The notes under the pieces are model-generated. The model saw nothing but the letters and a program-made list of their open reading frames with translations, ran no database searches and was not told the DNA's origin. A stretch of DNA of 64,000 nucleotides. It comes from Acytostelium subglobosum. Its lineage: Eukaryota. Shown here one piece after another: positions 58,118-64,000 of this stretch (within the stretch, counting starts at the first letter, position 1; every line of letters starts with the position of its first letter). The stretch spans positions 679,665-743,664 of the forward strand of contig NW_012236524.1 in assembly GCF_000787575.1 (NCBI RefSeq), given 5' to 3'. Position numbers and translations under genes: made by a program.

Positions 58118-58159
58118 TCCCCATACTTGTTGGAACAATAAAATAAAATGTATTCATAT

Positions 58160-61100
58160 TCAATAGATGGGGAGTCGATAGAACTTGGTAGTACTTCCAG
58201 CCTCAGGGTGGAAATGGAGAGGAGATAGAATGTACTTTGTCAAAGTATGGATGTTGAGAGGCATCAACTTGGTAATGGGCACTTGCGTATTTGAGTAAAT
58301 ATTGTAACTGCCAATAGAAACGATATATTTGCAATAGATTTCCAAATAGGAGATATTGTTGAATATTGGTTGTTTGAGTGAAGTGCAGAGAGTGGACAGG
58401 TGTCTTTGAAGTGAAGAATTAATATCGGACTGTATGATCTCTTGAAAATTGGTTACAAGTTCTAACTTGTTGATAGGGGTTTGTACCTGGGGAAGAATAT
58501 CAACAACATGAGATAGATTAGGAAGTTGGATAATTAGGGTGTCCAGTTCTCCAGTGTTCCTCACAAAATAATTTTGAAGTGATTCTAGTTGATCTGGAGA
58601 TAAAGAAGAATTTGGTTGAAGATCAAATGCATCTATTATGAGTTTGTTTAGATTCTGGAAATGACTTAGTTGGTTAAAGGAGATCTTGAATGATATTTCC
58701 AATACAGTGATATGTAAGAAATTAAATGAATCTTTCTGAAGAAAAAAGTTTGGATTGAATGATGTTTGATATAGTCTGACTTTAAATTGTTTAGATGGAA
58801 TATCATCCAAATCGATAGTTTCAAAGGGTTCGAAAGAATGAACTTCTAATGATTGAATGGACTTTCCAATATTAAAAGAGAGAAATTTCTTCAATAAACT
58901 AGTTTCGGTTCTGTCATATATAGTTAAGATTTCTAATCCATAGTCCCTCTTGTAGTTTTCTAGTTGCCTAGGTGATGACAACCAAGAATACTTGGAGTGT
59001 ATATCAGGCATCTCAATAAGTTTCAAATGTTTTAAATTTGGAGCTTTAAACATTAATTGATGTCCCTGATATGAAAGCGTCATTGTTTGTTTCCTGATTC
59101 TGCTAAAATCAATGGGAGCCACCAATGATTCCAATTGATTAATGAAGGATTTAAAATGCTCTAATGGAATATATTTAAAAGAGAATGCCTGGAAATTCAA
59201 AGGAGGAGATTTGAAGAGACAATATTTTGATCCAATATCCTTGATTGTAGAGCATATATCATTCTCATTTGGTAGCCATTTGAAAATCATAAAATGGGAA
59301 ATTGCCAAATGAAACTGTGATGATACCGTTGATAATAAGACCTTCCACTTTGAACTAAGAGTATTGTCTTTTATAAGTAGTTCAATTATGCCTCTCATTA
59401 CCATAATTGGCAATCTTGGCATTGGCATATCAATAGGGATAGCATTAAGATAGCTGGATTCTTTGGAAAATAAAGAATGTTTCTGAAACTCTTTGAATTG
59501 TTGTACTAGTTCAGGGTTTGATGAAATATTGTCCAATATCAGTTTTTTTGTAGCTTTGTAATTGGTTTTGAAAATATCATAATTATATCCAGTCATATGT
59601 TTATAATAATGAAGGTACTTCAGAAGATGAAGCAAAGTTGTTGGACACTTAATATAAATTATCATAAGTTTGGAGACTGAATAGCCAGAGCAGGAATCTT
59701 TGTTGACCAAATGAGGCATTATATCATCGATAAAATCTGGTCCATTTAACAGAGAATAATAGATGCATTTGGAAATAAATTGATAATTTTTTAAAAATGG
59801 AATAAGTATTTTTAAATTATCCTGGAAGAATTGTTTGATAATTGATCCATTTCGATTATCAGTAATAATATCTTCAGAACTCATTATTAGAGTATTAGGG
59901 GATACCTTAAGAATCATCGCCATTGCAATATCAAAGTAATTATGTAATTTTTCACCTCCTATTTGGTATAATGAGAGCAATCCACGAATACAAGAGCTGA
60001 TTGTCATAATATAAGAACTGGTTGATTCTTCTCTCCTAATATAAAAGTCATCTTTCTTTTTCAAGTAATTGGTGATATTGTACTTTGAAATACCAACCAA
60101 ATGATTGATTAGAGATGAAATTAAAGGATGTTGATAAGTTCCTTCAATGTTATTGAAACATTGGATAATTGTATCAAGAACAATGAAACAATTATAATCA
60201 GTGCCATTAAACAAATTCAGAATGTCTTTTTCATATTCTTTGTAATTCTATTATTATTATTATGATAAGTATTATTAATAATTCATCTGTTTTATCAAAC
60301 ATGATTACGTACCTCTTTAATAAAATCTTTCGAGAGATTTATTAATCTAGATTGGTTGATGTGATTGATTTTAGTAAAACATTGAAGATATTTCTCGACG
60401 GTCCCAAGGTATGGATAGAGTAGTTTAAATAGTTCATTTGATTCTTGATGGATGTCGCAAGCCAATAAATTGATCATTTTATCATGATTTTCCTGTTTCA
60501 TTGTTGTCTTATCTAGTATTATATTGAATATTCTCTTTAACTCAACCCATAGAGGAGAATGAGAAAATAATTCAGAATCATAATATATATCAAATTTATC
60601 CTTTAATCCTTTCATTAAGATGCTAAATAAAAAATTAAAGTATAAAATTAATAAATATAGAAAAAGAGAATAAAAAATAATTACTTACTCAAACACTAAT
60701 TGTTTGTTATTGATCAAAAATAATGAAGTTTGTTTGTTGGATAAATAATAGAGGACATACATCTTCGTCTCCAAAATTGAATCCTGACGATATTCGTTGT
60801 CGACGACCTCCAAATCGTTATTGTTATATACATTCGACAACAACCAAGTCTCTAGAGCCTCCTCAACTCGATCAAATCCAAATGCTTTGCAAATATTGAA
60901 GTAAACGTGCTCATGGGAACCATACCTTTTGATATATTCAATATAGAGAGGGAAAAAAGTTGAATCTATAATGTCATCATTTTCTTTGAGCTTTCTGGTA
61001 TCGAGCAAGGTATTAAGAAATTCTGGATTTGTTAAACCTGGTAAATGGCTATCCTCTTTGTCATAAATGGATATGATCAGGAAAACCTTTGTAACCTCTT

Positions 61101-61504
61101 GAATGTTGACATATATTATGTCCGTCCACAAATGACCAAAATCTGATTTTGTTGGAAGATCAATTGTTTCATCATGGTCAAAGTCATATATTCCTACTAA
61201 ACAATGAATAATTGTATCTTTGATATTGATATTCTCAATTTCATCTTGATCGTTGTCTATACATCTAGTTAAAGTCTAAAAAAATATAATAATAAAAAAA
61301 ATTATTAATTATGAGTAGTTTGGTATTGATGGAGAAAAAGATCTAACTCACCTCTGACAATATAGGTAACATAGTAGAAAGGTCTTGAAAGCTTCTTTTC
61401 ATTTTGTACTCATCAACTCCAACTTTCAATCTCTTAAGTTGTTCCGTTGACAAAGTATTATCTTTTAAATACTCTTTTAATATATTAATTATAGAACTGG
61501 TCAT
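58160..61504 (-). CDS. Large hypothetical protein encoded by a strongly AT-rich, multi-exon gene (ORF blocks 61504..61355, about 61283..61140, 61131..60685, 60615..60295, 60214..58160); no family recognised
   Basis: Codon usage is dominated by AAA/AAT/ATT/TTA, unlike all neighbouring genes (AAG/AAC/ATC/CTC). Introns are AT-rich with oligo-T tracts (gtgagttagatctttttctcc...ttatatttttttag) instead of the CAAT/CACT-rich introns seen elsewhere. Confidence 0.5.
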
Positions 61505-61722
61505 TTGAAACAAATATATATTGTTGTTAACTAACTAACTAAAATTAAATGGATTAAAATGAAATACTCTTGGTATTTATAACAATGTGAGATGTTCCTT
61601 AAGCGTGTCACATCTAGATGTATACCCATCCAGATCCATTTTATCTGGATGGGAATGTGTTGATTATATATTTATTTTTTATTTATTTAATGTCTTTCGA
61701 ACACTTGAAGAATAAGGAAAGA

Positions 61723-64000
61723 TTAGAGCAAGGGTACAGCCTCGTTGAGACCAGAGTAACCACGTCTGTAGCGAATGTATCCAATGCTACCCATGATGAC
61801 ACCACCTAGGAACATCAGACCTCCTACAAGGGCAAGTACCACCTCGGGTACAATGTTGAGTGCGCGCAGAGTCTTGAGCTGGCTCTTGAGCTGGTTGATG
61901 CTGTCGCTGCTGGGCATGGCAGTCTGACCAATCTTCCATGATGGATAGTAAATGTTGGACGAGATCTTGTTGTAGAGTTGCCACGAGCCGTCCCAGGCGG
62001 GGATGGTGTTGTCCACCAAGAAGTTGAGCTGGAGCTTCAGGTTGTAGTAGAGCGCATTGCCAGTGATTGGCTCGAGATCCAGTGGGATGGCGGCGTTCTC
62101 GTAAGTGGGGTTCTGGCCGTCCACCTTGGACGAGATACTGGTGTCAACCTCCCACATGTCCCACAGGGTGATGAATGCGGGCACTCCATCCTGGACAGAG
62201 GTGAGGTTGGCAAAGCCGGCCTGGGTGGTGAAGTAGGTAGGGTCGACGGGGAAGCTGTCGTTCTGGAGATAGTATCTCCTGGTCTTGATACCATCGACGT
62301 TGGTGTCGTTAAAGTAGTTCAACTGGATGGTGCGGAAGATGTTCTCCTCAAAGATGTCCAGAGTCTCCATCTTGTCCTGGAGGGGTGGGAACTGACCACT
62401 CTCGACGTAGCCCTTGACGGGCACCGGCGAGGCCCAGAATGGGAGCTCGGTGAGGTTCTGCCACTTGACCAAGGAGTTGACAAGACGGTTGTCGTTCTTG
62501 CCAGAGTTGATCGTGGTTGGTGGTGGGATAGTGTAGTTGGACTGCAGAGCACATGGTGTTCCGGCTTGCAAGTAGTTCAGCATTGGGTCGTTACAGTTCC
62601 ATAGCCAATCGCCAACAGTCTTGGTTGCGATCAGTCCACCTCCATTTGTCATTATCTGGCGTCCATAAGCTGCAAAGTATCCTTTCGAATTACCAAGCTA
62701 TATGTGATTGGTTGATTGATTGTATTAGTAATCCAAACAAACATGTGCAAAACATGACACGCTTACTGTAAACATCCAATTTCCCAATGCTGCAACTGTA
62801 GTATTATCCATTCCCCAGATGTTGACTCCTCTAGGGTCTTCCATTGCGAGTGCTGCCAGGGCCTAGATTGAATGATAGATGGGATGGTTAGTAGTCTGGT
62901 CTCCGGGGGACATATGATATATCATGTCACATACAGCTCCACCATTGATGTTGTTGAGGTTGTATGGTCCAAAGTATGGTAAGAAGAAATAGGCATATAG
63001 CTTCTGGATAGGCTCTGATAGACCGAGGATCTCTGGTGCGCCTTGAGTTGGATTGAAGATGTTGTTGATAATGTTGAACTGGGAGATTGAGGTACCGTTC
63101 AATGCCAGTCTATTGTAGAGCTGGCAGAATCCGAGCATGGGGTCGGCCATGCTGGTAGCATTGCAACTCGTGAGAAGGGGCGTGGTGGCATTGAGCGAGT
63201 AGGAGTTGGTTCCGTTCATCCACCAACCGATGACAGAGTTCATCTGGGCAGGGGTGATGCCCAGGCCAGTAGTGAGCTGTTGAGTGGCGGTGGCTTCACC
63301 AAACGATGCATTGTACCAGAGTGGCAGACCAACGGTGTAGTTCAAGATCGACAATCCAGAGGTAGCGTCAAAGATCAACTTGGCGGCTTCAACTGTGATG
63401 CCTGTGGGTGGGTTGGCACCAATGATCATTCCTGCCCAATGGGTCGATGTGGTTGGCAACTGATGGACGGTTGTGAGAGAGTTAGGATGAGTGAGCGTGC
63501 ACAAATAAGGTCGATCCACATACAGTTGTGTCATTGGCCCATGAACTGTAGAAGGCATCAATGGTAACATCAGCAATCAATGATTTGAGCTGATTATTGA
63601 AGATTGGGATAACATTGTAAGACAGGGCCAAGGTCTTGAAGTAGACAGAGTTCAGGTATGGCATGAACATGCTTAAGTTGGGGGTAGAGAGTGAGAGAGG
63701 AGAGGTGTTAGTCTGTGCTGTCATAGGCCTTGTCAATGTCCACAACTACTCACTTAATAGTTGGGAATGTACCAACCATGAGGAAGCTTGTACTGTCTTT
63801 AGTCTGTTGCATAAGTCCAATGAATGCTGTGAGCGAGCGTGGATATGATTGATGGATGGGTGTTAGGAAGACTCCAACTCAACATGGGTCATGCAAGCCA
63901 AAGAGACACATACCTGGGTTGATGTTGGTGATAAGAGTGTCCTCTGGCAACTTGGAAGTCTCGGAATCAAACTCGTAGAACTTCCTCTGTGAATAGGTGG
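61723..64000 (-). CDS. CD36/LIMP-2 (scavenger receptor class B) family protein, 3' part; multi-exon, 5' end beyond the window
   Basis: Large glycosylated ectodomain exons (many N-x-T/S sites). The C-terminal TM helix IVPEVVLALVGGLMFLGGVIMGSIGYI and the short tail YRRGYSGLNEAVPLL* match the CD36 family. Exons 62863..63576 and 61723..62652 are joined through a small exon at about 62757..62862. Confidence 0.6.

Noticed and set aside
1-64000. Search for CRISPR arrays, prokaryotic operons, defence islands, transposon terminal repeats or rRNA genes
   Set aside because: The whole window is eukaryotic nuclear DNA with spliceosomal introns. No direct-repeat/spacer arrays, no long inverted terminal repeats and no rRNA-like segments were seen.

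Overview
This window is a gene-dense stretch of eukaryotic nuclear DNA, not a prokaryotic locus. It contains about 29 protein-coding genes, with short spliceosomal introns (about 58-145 nt, GT..AG, frequent GTAAGT/GTATGT donors) and intergenic spacers that are AT-rich and full of microsatellites. Several families typical of dictyostelid social amoebae are present: two FNIP-repeat proteins, a BEACH/Lvs-type protein, a P2X receptor, a CD36/LIMP-2-like gene, and a lectin/IPT/EGF surface glycoprotein. That makes a dictyostelid amoebozoan the most likely source, but one with unusually GC-rich coding sequence (coding regions appear roughly 45-50% GC). Recognisable genes in order are: an RCC1-repeat protein, an FNIP-repeat protein, a C-type-lectin/IPT/EGF transmembrane glycoprotein, MSH2, an NTF2-like small protein, S-adenosylmethionine decarboxylase, a family-C GPCR with a Bmp/PnrA-type binding domain, PRP17/CDC40, GINS Psf3, methylglutaconyl-CoA hydratase (AUH), an Mpv17/PMP22 protein, an ACAP-type ArfGAP, a second FNIP-repeat gene, an MBOAT lysophospholipid acyltransferase, an F-box/LRR protein, a LAPTM-like 4-TM protein, an RRM+R3H RNA-binding protein, a RasGAP-domain protein, a BEACH-domain protein, a P2X receptor, and a partial CD36/LIMP-2 gene. 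The most interesting structure is a tandem array at 27.5-35.5 kb of five paralogs encoding B-box zinc finger + coiled-coil + Kelch-type beta-propeller proteins (TRIM-like but without a RING). Two copies are intact and three are visibly decaying, with nonsense codons, frameshifts, a truncation and a chimeric junction. A second notable feature is a 3.3 kb compositional island at 58.1-61.5 kb: one multi-exon gene with extremely AT-rich codon usage and AT-rich introns, unlike everything around it. Several first or last micro-exons were missed by the ORF track (MSH2, AdoMetDC, Mpv17, PRP17, GINS3) and are resolved here by splice-site and frame reasoning. No rRNA, tRNA, CRISPR array or transposon was convincingly identified. 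Coordinates of splice junctions were derived by hand and may be off by a few bases.
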